DNA from: Trichoplax sp. H2
Lineage: Eukaryota
Assembly (NCBI GenBank): GCA_003344405.1
Contig: NOWV01000003.1
Location: 1,488,001 to 1,552,000, forward strand
Reading direction: 5' to 3'
Length of the DNA: 64,000 nt
Made by a program: the position numbers and the translations under genes. The number at the start of each line of letters is the position of its first letter. The first letter of the stretch is position 1. This document shows positions 45,949 to 59,341 of the stretch, one piece after another. The notes under the pieces were generated by a model, which worked only from the letters and a program-made list of their open reading frames with translations, searched no databases and was not told where the DNA came from.

Positions 45949-47043
45949 TCGTCCGGATATTACTCGAGTGAAATCGACCTGATCCAATTTCAGCTCTTAG
46001 CGTTATTGCTTTAAAGCTTTTGTTCTGTAAAATTCGATCCTGCGCCGTTTCAGATGTCTCGGTGATATACTGTAATACAAGTACCGAATCTTTTGATTTG
46101 ATTTGATTGTCGACTACACTCGTAAATTACTTTGCAAAGCACACTTGAATTAAATTCGTTATATTGTTGATAATTTTATAGACTGTATATACACTGTACA
46201 TTCTTTATGACGTAAAATGTCATATTAGGTAGAGCTAGTAGCGCATTACTGTATTTTACTGCCAAGCTTACCAGTGACTTCATCGTGCTCCTCGAAATAG
46301 GAAATTTCGAGCTTCCTGCTGTATGTACAGCGTACAGTATACTCCACTGTTGGCTACAACTTGGATATTCGATGTATTATGTTGACTCTTTTATTCTATA
46401 CTGGAATATCTTTTTATAATACTATTTAATCCGTAGCTAAAAATTGGCTTGCACCTTGAGCATTTTAAAAATTGATAACGGTTTGATCTGACTTTGATAC
46501 GACTTGAGTTTACTGTGCTTCGTTTATTTCTCTTCTTTCGATTCAATCAATAGTTGTTACAGTTTTGTAGCTCATCTGTTAACTTTGCAGCGCCTTGTAC
46601 TTTACCTCTTACAGAATGGTGATTAGTGAAATATCTTGGGGGAATTTATTGAAATACTAATTTATAAGATAGTAAGAATAAGTGCTTGCATCCTAATAAC
46701 TTATCTAATCCGCTACTTGATACCGAAGACTACAGAAGAGAAATAAACGCGGTACCGGCCGTGTTTTACACTCTATTTATATAAAGAAAAAACTCCATTG
46801 ATCAGATTATACTGCACATTAAAATGTGTATCGTTTGATATTTTTAGCAAGATAATACATTCATAGAAAGCTATTTTGATCATTGTAAAATTATAGTTGA
46901 TTATACAACTATTTCATCTTGGAGATTTACTGTCTCCTAATTTTTTCTTTGAGGTTGAAATGAAATGAATGGTATCGCTTCAATAATATCTTGCTGTATG
47001 CGCAAATCAAATTTTTGCAGTTGTGCAGTTTATTCGCTTTACC

Positions 47044-47127
47044 TACTGTACAGTACAATACTGGACAGTCGTAGGTACATTGTACTGTAGTATACAGTAC
47101 TGTACAGTACGGTACTGTAACTGCAGT
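47044..47127. repeat. CAGTA/CTGTA/CGGTA array ~570-650 bp upstream of the TOP1 start
   Basis: tactgtacagtacaatactgg...tactgtagtatacagtactgtacagtacggtactgtaactgcagta. Confidence 0.88.
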
Positions 47128-47699
47128 AAAAATGTTACCTTTGGTCTCGTTGCTACTCCATCACCGCTTGCTTACCTGTTATTAAGAATTCCTTGGAAGC
47201 AATGTGCCTAATTACTGATTTACGCTGTACTTAATGAATGACCTATTGTAGGAGTAAGCTAATCTACCGTATCCTAGACATTGGCATTACTGTGCATTGC
47301 GTACAGAAATACACTTTTGTAATAATTGCTCGTCGCGTGATTTTTAATTTCTGCAGATAAAAATATGAAATTGCAGTGTAATACCGCTAGTATGTACCTG
47401 ATAGTACAGTACAATACAGTCGATACAGCAGTGCATAGTCGTACTCTTCCATCTTATATAAACTTCTTTTTATACTAGAACCACAGAGACTTCAGCGCTC
47501 TTCCTTTAATTTTAATTTACTTACTTTTATTATCATTTAGTAGCCCCTAACTGAAATTGTGTAGGCTACACGATTACTATATAGCAGTACTGTCTGCGAT
47601 AAAAATGCAGGATACAGGATGAATGAATTTTAATATACCGACTACAAAATAGAATCTGATGATTCTTTGCTCTTCAGTTAGAGTGAGTCGTAACGGCAA

Positions 47700-50600
47700 A
47701 TGGGCACAACTCCGTAAGTAATGCTCTATCAAGCAAAACTTAGTATATTTGTAATTATCTGTTAGTTATTACTGACTGCAGTCTTTAATGTAGAGTCTTT
47801 AGGCACTAGCCGATCGAGTGCCAAAATGCAGATGCTCTTCTTAAAACGTCGAATAATTGAGCTGCTAGCATTTGCAAGTATAATCTCGCCAATTGAAAGT
47901 TACTATACGAACACACCATGTAGTATTGATCGTCAGTGCTAATTGTTGTAAGGATCGTGATCGCCTAGAGAATTCTCCTACTGTACATGATTTTTGGGGG
48001 GCTTCCCCTACGGGAAGGAGTTACTTACTTCATCAATCAGTGCGTTATTATAACCTAAACGTTATCTACATGTCAGAAGTTTTTATTATCCCGAGCAATG
48101 ACATGCCTTTCTCAATACCCTAATTCGTATATACAAATATACATGATAGATTGGGTGATGGTACCGTCGGAAAAAGATGATATCAACTATAGTTGTACAG
48201 TAGCATAGTAGATAGCAATGAGTTTTGCTTATAAATATTGATGGTGCTTGTTTCTCTGTTATTATAGGATTTTACAGTCAGAAGTGAAAAGTCGGAATCG
48301 AATCGACACGGTAATAGGCTAATTTACCGATTAATTAATAGCTGCGAATTTGAGTAAAATCTACGCTACTTATGGATGAAGACATCTACCATTCAGTACT
48401 GTTTACCCTAGTTGCTTGTCATACACCATGACGCCTATCATTTTGTATCCTACAGTATCATAAATATCAACCATCAGCAAGATGGCGTAAGTGCCAAATA
48501 GTCAGCACTGGCTCAGTGAGGTCATCCTTACGTTAGAGCAATTTCATAGATATTACCCAACTTACTATACTTTTAATACCTTAGCATGAATCACTCTTGC
48601 AATGCTATAAACACAAAATGTAAGCGAAACTATACGGAAAATTATGTACAATACATGATGTCAATGATAAAATAATCACTTACATTCAGATACAACGAGT
48701 AAAAGTACACAAGTATTGCTACATTTAGTTGTTGTGTCGGTTATGCTCTAGTTAAGTTAGTGCTTGCTTCTTCAATGTTCAGTAATCATTAGTTATTAAT
48801 TTAAAAAAGTAGGGTACTCGTCGTAGTGATTATTTTAATGTATAGTTACTTACGTCTGGTTTTTATGTACCTTTTAAGTTAAGTACTTTTACATCGTGAC
48901 ATATCGTTACAACTAACATTAAACTTTCTGGTTAAACCTAGTTATCGTTGCTTCTTACCATTACATAACTCTGGAGAATTTAACTTGATATTATTTAATC
49001 TGTGCATCGCAGTTTTTTGCACAAATTTATTTGAGATTCTAATGTTTGCAAAATTCGTATTAATTTCATTAAACTGCACGGAAAATTGAAAACTTCTGCT
49101 ATAGTAGAAAAGCAAAATATCAAGATGGAAAAGGTGAGATTGTCAACTTATTTTAAATCATTCATTTGTGAAGGAAAGAGTTCTTGAAGATATTACCTTA
49201 AAAAAAGTTGATCGTTTTAGGTCAATTTAAGGTAGATTATTTTATGTTATCTTATAACAATGATTCACTATTTGGATCGATCATCAAGTATTCAACTTGC
49301 CATTAGATAACGAAAGTTACGTTAATATGAGTATGACTAAAAAGATTTTAAAATTTTTGGAGCATCATATTGGCTTTGCATACAATTTCTATTGAATTAC
49401 CATTCTTTTCTCCAATAATCTTGCCAATGTAGCTAAATGTACATAGTATTCAGCTTTAATGAGTCAAATATCGTACTATACTTTAGTATACAATCATCTC
49501 TCAAATGTTTTTTTAAACTTTCTATGTAGCTACTGCATGATAATAGTTTTAGTAATTTGAAAATTTCTATAATTATAAAGAGGTGATGACGATAACATGT
49601 CAACATAAGCTTGCACATTAGAAACAGGTGTAATTTATGATATCCCGATTAGGTTCATTGTAATGTAAAATTGACCATTTCCTTTAATCTGCTACCCTAA
49701 GAATGCTTTCATTATAGCATTTCTAATACTACATATTTATATATGAACATTGCATAGAGTAAATGACCTTTTAAGAGACAAAGTGTCGTACTTAAAGTAT
49801 TACCATTTATTTTAGGCTGGACAGAAGCGTAAAACGGTTGTAGCCAATAATGACGACGATGATGATAAACCTTTGGTACTTGTTTGCGAAAAGTAATTAC
49901 TCAAAAAGTAACTCTGAAATCTAAATATTGCCCATTGTTTTCTTGTAGTCACTTATGAAAGTTAAGATAAAAAAGGAGCCTGTTTGTCTGGACGAAGATT
50001 TACCTTTGGTAATATCAGCATTAATAAGTTATATTATTAGAGTATTGTTCATTTAATAAGTATAACTTAGCATAAATATTTTGCTACCTTTAACCTCTTT
50101 AGACAGCAATGATTGGCCAAGCAAAAGGTATATCAACTTAGAATGTAGTTTTAATTTCATGATAAAAATTAACATACCTTGGTGGCAACTTATTAGGAAT
50201 AAAGCGGAAGACAACAGATTCGGACAGAACAACGAAACCAAAAAAGACTAGTTCGGTGATAAAAAAAGAGCGTAGCGAAAGTTTAGACACACCAAAAATT
50301 AAAGCTAAAGTAAAGGCTGCTGATCCTGTTTCGAAGCGCGCTAAATCGAAGGAAAATATTAAGAAAGAATCTAAGAATACTAATAAAAAGTCCTCGTCAG
50401 GCAAGTCGGACAAGAATGGCAAGGTGAAATTGGAAAATGATAGTAAGAAAGTTAAGAGGGTTAAAAAAGAGGTATGCGAACTCAGCCATTTAGCTTTTTA
50501 ACAATTAAATTTATTGCGTAGAATGTAAGTAGTTTAACGAATACACGTCATAAATTTGTAGAAAACGACAGAAGATGAGGATGTTTGGAAATGGTGCGTG

Positions 50601-51158
50601 TTGAAAGCCCAGATTTCATAAGTTATAGTTTCAAATATTAGGCTACTGAACATTGTTATTTTCTTTAAAGTTACGACTAATTGATTTGTTTAATTTTGAG
50701 ATATAAGAATTAATTTTAAATTATAGGTGGGAAGAAGATACTAAGGATAATAGTGTAAAGTGGAAAACTTTAGAGCACAAGGTAATACAGTAGATGCATT
50801 AGGAGCAAATACGCATGTATTAAATTAAAATTTTAACATTTAAAAATTTTAGGGCCCTTTACTCGCTCCACCTTATGAACGATTACCTTCTAATGTTCAA
50901 TTTTACTACGATGGTATGTTTTTAATTTAGGCCATACATTTTATAAGTCTGCGTTAGGTCTAATTTCGGCTTCCTATAAATAAATATTATATGTTAGGCC
51001 AACCTTTTCCTTTGAGTGATAAAACAGAGGAAGCTGCGGGATTCTATGCCAAAATGTTAGATCATGATTACACGCAAAAGAAAATATTCAATGACAATTT
51101 TTGGGCTGATTTTAGAAAGGTTAATTTCATGATTTCTATTTTGTAATATACGTATATG

Positions 51159-51194
<36 letters not shown>

Positions 51195-54100
51195 CTATGT
51201 TTAGCTGTATCTTATGCAGTTAAATAATATAAATTTTGCTACGATTTTTTTTAGGAAATGACACCTGCAGAAAAAAATCACATTAAGGTATTTTCCAAGT
51301 GCGATTTTTCTAAGATTGCAGAATATTATAAAATGAAAGCCGAAGAACGAAGGAATATGTCAAAGGAAGAAAAAAATGTATGTACATCATTGTCGATCTT
51401 TAGCATTCATACAATATTACTGTGTAGCGTCATTGTTATCGTTTGGTGTAGCCTATAACTTTGTCTCTATGTTCATACTATTATGTTTATAGAAACTTAA
51501 GAAAGAAAACGAAGAGTTGATGCAAGAGTACGGTTTTTGCATTATTGATGGCCATCGGTAAGAGCCCATGCTAGGAATTTTTTAACTTCGTTATATTGTA
51601 TTGTAACTTTTACTTATTTTTTTATGTGGTTTAGACAACGTGTTGGGAATTTTAAGATAGAACCTCCAGGATTATTTCGAGGAAGGGGTGATCATCCAAA
51701 GCAAGGGAAAATTAAGGTAGTTATAAGTTATGACAATTACTTTTCAATATGTTTTACTAATAAAATTGCGTTTTTGATATTCAGCGACGTATAGAAGCTA
51801 AAGATATTATCATCAATATCGGAAAGTTAGTTACGTTGATCATTTATTATATAAATTAATTATCTATGAAGCTATAAAATTAAATTAATGATGTACACCG
51901 TCGCTCTGTTCTATTGATTACTCATGTCAGAGACGCTAAACTTCCAGCACCTCCTCCTGGCCAAAAATGGAAAGAAGTTCGCTATGATAACAAAGTAAGT
52001 GAAATATGATTGAAACATTTGTTTTTATATGACAGTTTATTCAATATTATTTGTATTTATTATTATCTAGGTAACATGGCTCGCCTCTTGGACTGAAAAC
52101 ATTAATGGTAGCATCAAATACATTATGTTAAATCCAACCTCGAAAATCAAAGTATGCTTTCACGTGAATATGCTTCTATAAATTCTTAGGTAACTTTTTT
52201 TGACAATTTTCATTTGCCATTTAGGCCGAGAAAGATTACCAAAAATACGAGACTGCTAGAAAGTTAAAGGTATCTAAAACATAAATAATTACGTTAGTGC
52301 GAATCGATTATAATTGAAATCATACGACATACGAATGCAGCGATATATAGATAAAATTCGCCAAGATTACAAAGCGGATTGGAAATCGAAGGAGATGAGG
52401 ATCCGACAGAGGTTTGTGATATGCTAACTAATATCTAAAAAATTATATTTAAATTAATAACATTAAATTATTTATCCCGGTTGTAGATCCGCTGCACTGT
52501 ATTTTATAGACAGAGTAAGTACAGCATAGTATCTAGATTACAACAGGTTACAATGATATTTAACTGATAACTGTGTACAATTATAGTTAGCTCTTCGTGC
52601 TGGACATGAAAAAGAAGAAGGCGAGTCTGCAGATACCGTTGGTTGTTGTTCCCTGCGTTACGAACATATCAGTGAGTTACGTTGATATTAACTGAGTGAT
52701 CGTTATAACCCTTATACTCGTGCTTATAAGCAAACGGCATGAGCTCTATCGATGTAAGTATATTAAGAAACGCAATTTTATAGAACTACATGACCAATTG
52801 GAGGATAAAATGAATGTAGTTGAATTTGATTTTCTTGGAAAAGATTCTATTCGCTATGTAAATCAGGTTCCTGTTGAAAAGCAGGTATGGAATGGGTATT
52901 CGAGCTTCGAATATGAGTACAAATACTACAGTGATTTTCTCTTTATTAACTAGGTATATAAAAATTTAAAATTATTCTGTAAAAATAAGAAAAAAGGTGA
53001 TGACCTGTTTGATAGACTGTCGGTAAGCCATATCTATGTATATTAAATTACGTCATGACCGACTTAAAGTTCTCAAGAAACTTCTAAATTGCTATTACAG
53101 ACAACTTCTCTTAATAAGTATTTATCAGAATTAATGGAAGGGCTTACAGCGAAGGTACCTAAATGAATAAACAATTTTGTTATGATTATAAACGTAGTTC
53201 ATCGAAAATCTCTACTGTCTATTTTAATACATTTAGGTTTTTCGAACCTACAATGCTTCCTATACTTTGCAGGTAACTATATAACTATTTTACTCTATTG
53301 AAGTACAGTACAGCGTTAAATTTGCGTTGCTTAATATTATAATGCAAATTGTAGGAACAACTACATCAAGTCATAGATCGTAAGTACTGTAATTTAAAAT
53401 TATTTCTGGCCGGCTTGCAAATCTTCCGATAGATGAGAATGTGATACTTACTTTTTGAACAAATATAGCTAAGATGTCGATAGAGGATAAGATCTTAATA
53501 TATAATAGATCTAACAGAGCTGTTGCTATTCTGTGCAACCATCAGGTAAGGCAATTTACGTCAAAATTAACCCCGTCGAGTTTCAATTGTAATCTGAATG
53601 ACATTCCTTTAACTATAGCGAACTGTTTCGAAAACATTTGATAAGCAAATGTCTAACCTAAGGGAAAAAGTATGTAATCGTTTTTATAAACATATACGCT
53701 TAGTCTTGCTAAATTTATTTTTATGTGAATTTCACGCCTTATTATAAATTTATAACACTTTGATAGATCGAGAAGAAAGAGCAGCAATTAAAAGAAGCAA
53801 AAAAAGAAGAAAAGAGAGCAAAATCCGACTTGAAAGAGAGAAAGGATGAAAGTTCTAAGAAGTATTATTTAAACTTTGAGAAATTAAATGCCATGATATT
53901 ATCTGTTACAGACATTACATTATTGTATCTGTTTGATAGACTTTATGAAAAGAGGAAAAAGAAAACTGAAATGCTAAATAGGCAGTTGCACAAGTTAAAT
54001 CTAACCGAAACAGATAAGGTACCGGTACATTACATATTTATTCCTGAGGGTAGACAGCAATATTTAATTGCATTTATACATTAGGTTGAAAATAAGGAAG

Positions 54101-54338
54101 TTGCCCTTAGTACTTCAAAATTGAATTACATGGATCCTAGAATTAGTGTGGCTTGGTAAAGCAATGAATTTTTTTACGATATATGCTAGTAACGTATATA
54201 AAACTCCATATAATTAATAATTTATAACATTAAAGGTGCAAAAAGAACGAAGTACCAGTGGAAAAAGTTTTTAACAAAACGCAGAGAGAGAAATTTAAAT
54301 GGGCTATCGAAATGGCCAGTGAAGATTATGTATTTTAA
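47700..54338 (+). CDS. TOP1: DNA topoisomerase I (type IB); about 33 coding exons
   Basis: Lys-rich N-terminus; VWKWWEE...[93 protein letters not shown]; catalytic [16 protein letters not shown]; stop at 54336-54338. The start at 47700 comes from a phase-consistent chain of micro-exons and is less certain. Confidence 0.96.
51163..51192. repeat. (AT)15 microsatellite in a TOP1 intron
   Basis: Directly visible. Confidence 0.9.
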
Positions 54339-57300
54339 TTCAAGATCATGATTAGGACGGTGATATAACCGCAATTGTACAACGATCTGGTGCGAGAAGT
54401 GTTTTTGTGTTAAGAATGGTATAAATCGAAACGAAATCAACGGTAACATAAGCAAGTCCAATTGATTATGAGAGCGCTATTTTGCTTTTTAAATTAAATT
54501 TTACCGTTGCTACTAAGCTGTTACTATATCGTGAACCTATAGAAAGTAAAATGAATTATATATGACCGTAAACTGTTAATGTGGATATAAGTAGTTAATA
54601 TGATCCTTATGTATATTAGTGAACGACCTTAACAGTTTTTATCTATTACAATATATACAAGTCAGGTAGTGACTAATGCAAAGTAGACCCTATTCGAATT
54701 TTTTGCTGCAGTTAGCAGCTAGTCAATTAATTCTTTAATATCCATATCAAAACTGTAGCGTTTATCTTTGTGCATCATTTCTACTGCTTGTTTCATTTAT
54801 TCAGAGCAATTTATACACGTGCGGTATACTGTAACTGATGCCACCAATAGATTTCATGCATTCTGAAAATTGTTACCAGTATAATGCGTATTCCCATCAT
54901 TTCCCAGTTAATATCTGATATTCAAATTTATAATCCGCTTCAGCGAACTTAAAGATAACTTTTTTTTGAACAATTGTATGTGTTTATGAACATTTACGAA
55001 CATTACTGGTTTGCTATTATGTGATTATGATTGATAACCATAATTTATGAGTTTTTAGAATAATTATAAAGATATCTGAGTACACTTACGCTTATGGATA
55101 TCTTACTTTTTGTTCAACTTATTATTAGTTATAGTATCTATTGTAGAGGAATCTTGCTTTGAGTAATGCTCGGGGATGCAGTTACTTTAACAATTTTAAG
55201 TCCTAAGGTCATAAATTGATACGTGTCCTAAGCTCTGTACGGTGTAGTATGTAACTGCAAACTATCAAGATATAAATGTTTTAAACTTAAGTTGATTTTA
55301 ACCCAAGATGAACGAAGTCTTATACTTATACGTATGTAACGCGATGACGTAATTAGAGTATTCTATCAAATGTAAATTATTTCTAATAGTGGAACTGTCA
55401 CTGTCGTTGTAGAAACACTATAGCAACCTTAATGTATTAATACCGTTATCCAGTTATTCTTTGCAGTCAATTGTACTACTGTCGCTTTCATTAGATAAGA
55501 AGTATTTGCCTTACCAATTTATGATGACATGGAGTGTACTCATGAAATCGTACCGTACTAAGCGGTTTTTATATATTAGATAATAAATTAGTATGAGTAT
55601 TTAGAGACAATATGTAATTTGAAAAGGCTATGAGTATGATGCCGTCATTTAAGCCTCGGGTGGTAGATTGCTTAGTAAATCTATGGGTCATAAATACCAA
55701 ATTCCATAAGAAATAGGCAGATAGAGCTTTGTAAGTTCGCTTGTGCAAATAGCCAACTAGACTTGCTAGTAAGTGAGGTTATAAAGTTATATCCGTATTG
55801 ATTTGTGCATGAATTACAATACTGTAATAAATATTTGATGTTTTCATGGAAATTCAGTAGATTTTGTATCTAAGCGGCTATTTAAGCTTTTAGTAGATTA
55901 GACTGTAGTATACTGTATATCGAATTGTCACTAAGCAACTTTCGTGATCGTACCTAAACTAGTCTATCTACTCTTATGGTTCTCAAACTAACTCCGAAGA
56001 TCCTCGGTAAGGGAAAACTAACTTATTCCTATACTATTGTAATCGAGTCAAACGATAGGTTTAGGTTAATAAATATATTTATTACTTGCCCGTTTACGTT
56101 AGTACCAGTGTACTCTACGTTAGCCTCACTATCGTAAATTACTACCAGTTATACGCAAGGAGCATCAAGCTCCGTAACACGAATTTATTTGTGTACTAAT
56201 ATTGATAAAGCATAAGTATGCGCAAGTATTTGACGGAAATTCATAGGATACGAAATGATACAGGTCATGCTTAAAAGAGATTTGGTCATTTTTTAGGGGG
56301 GGGGGTGATATGCTTAATAAATTATACTTTATCATAAAGAAGTATGCATAGTACAAGATGTAACGTGATCAGTAAATAACAGTCAAGGAAATGAGACCTA
56401 TTCTACAGTTAAGATAGTACAGAAAGTACATGAAGCTATCTATAGTTAACCGAACCTCTGACGCCCCCTATCTATAGTGCATATCTCAGCAAAATCTTGC
56501 TACCAGCTTAAAATGATATTTAAAATGCAATAAATAAAAAGAGAACACATTTTCATGCTTTTGTAATTTAAATAGACTACTACTATACTTCCTTTCCAGT
56601 ATCAATTTGGTAATAAAATAGCATGCGTAAGTAGTGTAATATCTCACTGTTACCAAAATTTTTAACGTGTTATAATATTTATTTGTGAGCCAGTAAATAA
56701 ACATAATATTATGGTCTATGGCTGTGCACTGTAGTTTATAAATCATTCGCTATAGATTGATTGTTAGCTTGAATTCTATTTAAAATCTAGTTAAAGCTTA
56801 AATACTCGCTCTCTCTTTATATAACTAGCTATTTAACGCTATAGGACAATATATATGATACGGCTAATACTGGAAATTAAATAATATCGGAACTATCCCA
56901 GTATCTTGATTTCTATTGGGCGTTTATCGGATTTATAGATTGATATTCTTTTTGAATGAAAGCCTCAACTAGCCAACATTGGTTATATTCTTTGAATATA
57001 GTACAGTATGGCCAGTAAATCAAGAATTTTTAAAACATTCTTACGATGCGATATATGAATAATGTCACTATCTCAGAAACAGCAAAATGGTAATGATTTT
57101 ATTACGCAAGACAGGAGATTGATTATTGCCATTTTAAATGGTATTTACATTCTAGTATTAAAAGACCGATCTCTAATTACCATATTTCAAGTATTTACGA
57201 TAAACCTATGTAGTATTGTAGTACTAGCAATATACAGAATATTTGAGGTTATAGCTAGAATGAAGACCCAAACCGTTGTTACTATATACTCTACAGTACG

Positions 57301-57768
57301 TATGGAGTAATGAGATAGAATTAGGACAGAATGGATTGGGTTACAATATCAATTTCAAACATTCTTTGTACCATATTAACTCAATTCAGTTATTATGAGC
57401 CTAGCAACAATACTGACAACAGTTAGAATGAAAGGATTATCTGTATGGTTAATAATAATAACATATAGCTATTAAGTTTTATTAACCTATAGCCTAACAA
57501 TATACGCGTACAATATCAATTTTAAACGTTAAAAGACTTCTTAACAGATTGATAGAAAAAATACCACACAACCCGATAAATATGAAATAAACAAGGTTCT
57601 ATCTAATAAAGTTTAACTCCATTATTTGTACTGGACAATTACTTCAGTACACTATTTAGAGTAGATGTAGAAAATATCTTATAGTTTAGTCATGAAATAC
57701 CAAGACTAAATCAGTCCAGTATGCTCAGCTGCGACATAATTCTGCAAAAGTTACTAAAACTTAGAAGA

Positions 57769-59341
57769 TTAAAGTAACTTGTAACTGATTAATTTAGACT
57801 CGGGTTGATAAACACCACCGAACCAATAGTTAGTAGTCGCATCTTTGCTTGATGAACATTCATGATCAATACTATATTGAGAAAAATAGCCAAAATTTGA
57901 TTCTGGAGGGTTAAAACCATACTCTGAAGGAAATTTCCATTTCTGGCAGTAACTATAAGTGCGCGATGATAAGAAGGTGACATGATAGCTAGGCGAAACA
58001 TATATCGGTAGTTGGCACATCTTGCAAGTATAACCACGAACGTTGACATAATCTACGATATAGCATCCTGGTTGAGCATTATAAATAGCCATAATATTAT
58101 ATCGGCAGTTTTCAACGCGCATATAATCCCTATGACTTATAGGATATTTCTTTTTCTTATCAAAGTTACATGTCGCTCTCCAATGGGTAGTCCTCGGTGA
58201 GTCATAAATCGATTTCATACTAGCATGGCTTAGTCGGTAAGCTTGAAATTGAGGGGTACATTCATTATATGGATAATTATAGTAATATGGTTTGCGAAAA
58301 TTGATAGATTCAGGCAACTTAGATGTTTGGATTCCTCTATTTCGTGAGAAAGATTCAACTAGCGTCCAGACATAGGGTGGATCCGATTGGAAGTCGCAAT
58401 ATACCGGTGTGAGAGACAATCCAGTATGGATAGCATAATGCCCATTTGTAAGTGTTTTGTTTGAAGTATAGAAAAGTTCTAAGCACGATTTGACTTTTAT
58501 ACCCTATAATAATAATAAAAAGTTTATTCACGAGAGGGAAAAAGAAAAAATGAGAGCAATTACAGTTATCGGATTCAGTTATTATCTTGTATTGGAATCG
58601 ACATCAACTACGTTTTATTCAAGAAAAAAGTTGAGATCTACTGACGTTAAACTCCATTCTCTAGACTGATAAAATTGCGTATATAGTTAGTATATGAATA
58701 GATTCTAAGAAGGTCGATACAATATAATTCTATGTCTATAGTCTGATTGCAGTTAGATAGTCCTTGGTAGTTATGAGACGAACCTAATCTTATGCAATAA
58801 AGTGAAGTTTACAAGAAACTGTAGTTCTTGTTGTATTTTTGAGAGGACACTTTATCACAATGGTATATCATCTAGATGACTAATTGACTTATTCATATCT
58901 GCAACGAAGAGTAACCGAAAAGGCTTTGGTGATTGGATATGATATTGTACTGTACAGGGAATGAAAGCGAGAAAAGTTTCAAGATTTTAAATTTAGATCA
59001 ATACATGCGATCAAATGATTTAAAAATCAGCTTCTTAGTTAATATGAAAGGTAGGCAATAGAAATAATCTTTATAAGAGTTATTAATCGGTTAACTCGAC
59101 GAACACGAGAGGTAAGTTTGTATTTTAATCCGATACTGGAATATAGCATGGATTGTTAAAGTTGATATAAAAAGATTAAAAATTTATCAGGCATAAAAAA
59201 ATGTTAATAGTTTATGTTACTCGGTTATAAAAGAATATAACTTACAGAAGAAAGATTTCCTTGTACTTCATTCGTTAAACTTCCAACAAGGATACATAGA
59301 CTTACGAGCAACTGTATATACTTAATTGCGTCGTATTTCAT
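57769..59341 (-). CDS. Secreted Cys-rich protein (~276 aa) with a fibrinogen-C/intelectin-like N-terminal subdomain; 2 exons
   Basis: Exon 1 59341-59246 (MKYDAIKYIQLLVSLCILVGSLTNEVQGNLSS, signal-peptide-like). Phase-0 intron. Exon 2 58503-57769: KSCLELF...NGHYAI...PVYCDFQSDPPYVWTLVESFS...YRLS...THWRATCNF...NYWFGG. Confidence 0.75.

Noticed and set aside
46270..46640. Possible selenoprotein (minus-strand frame with one in-frame TGA)
   Set aside because: No redox motif, no recognisable homology and no SECIS identified.
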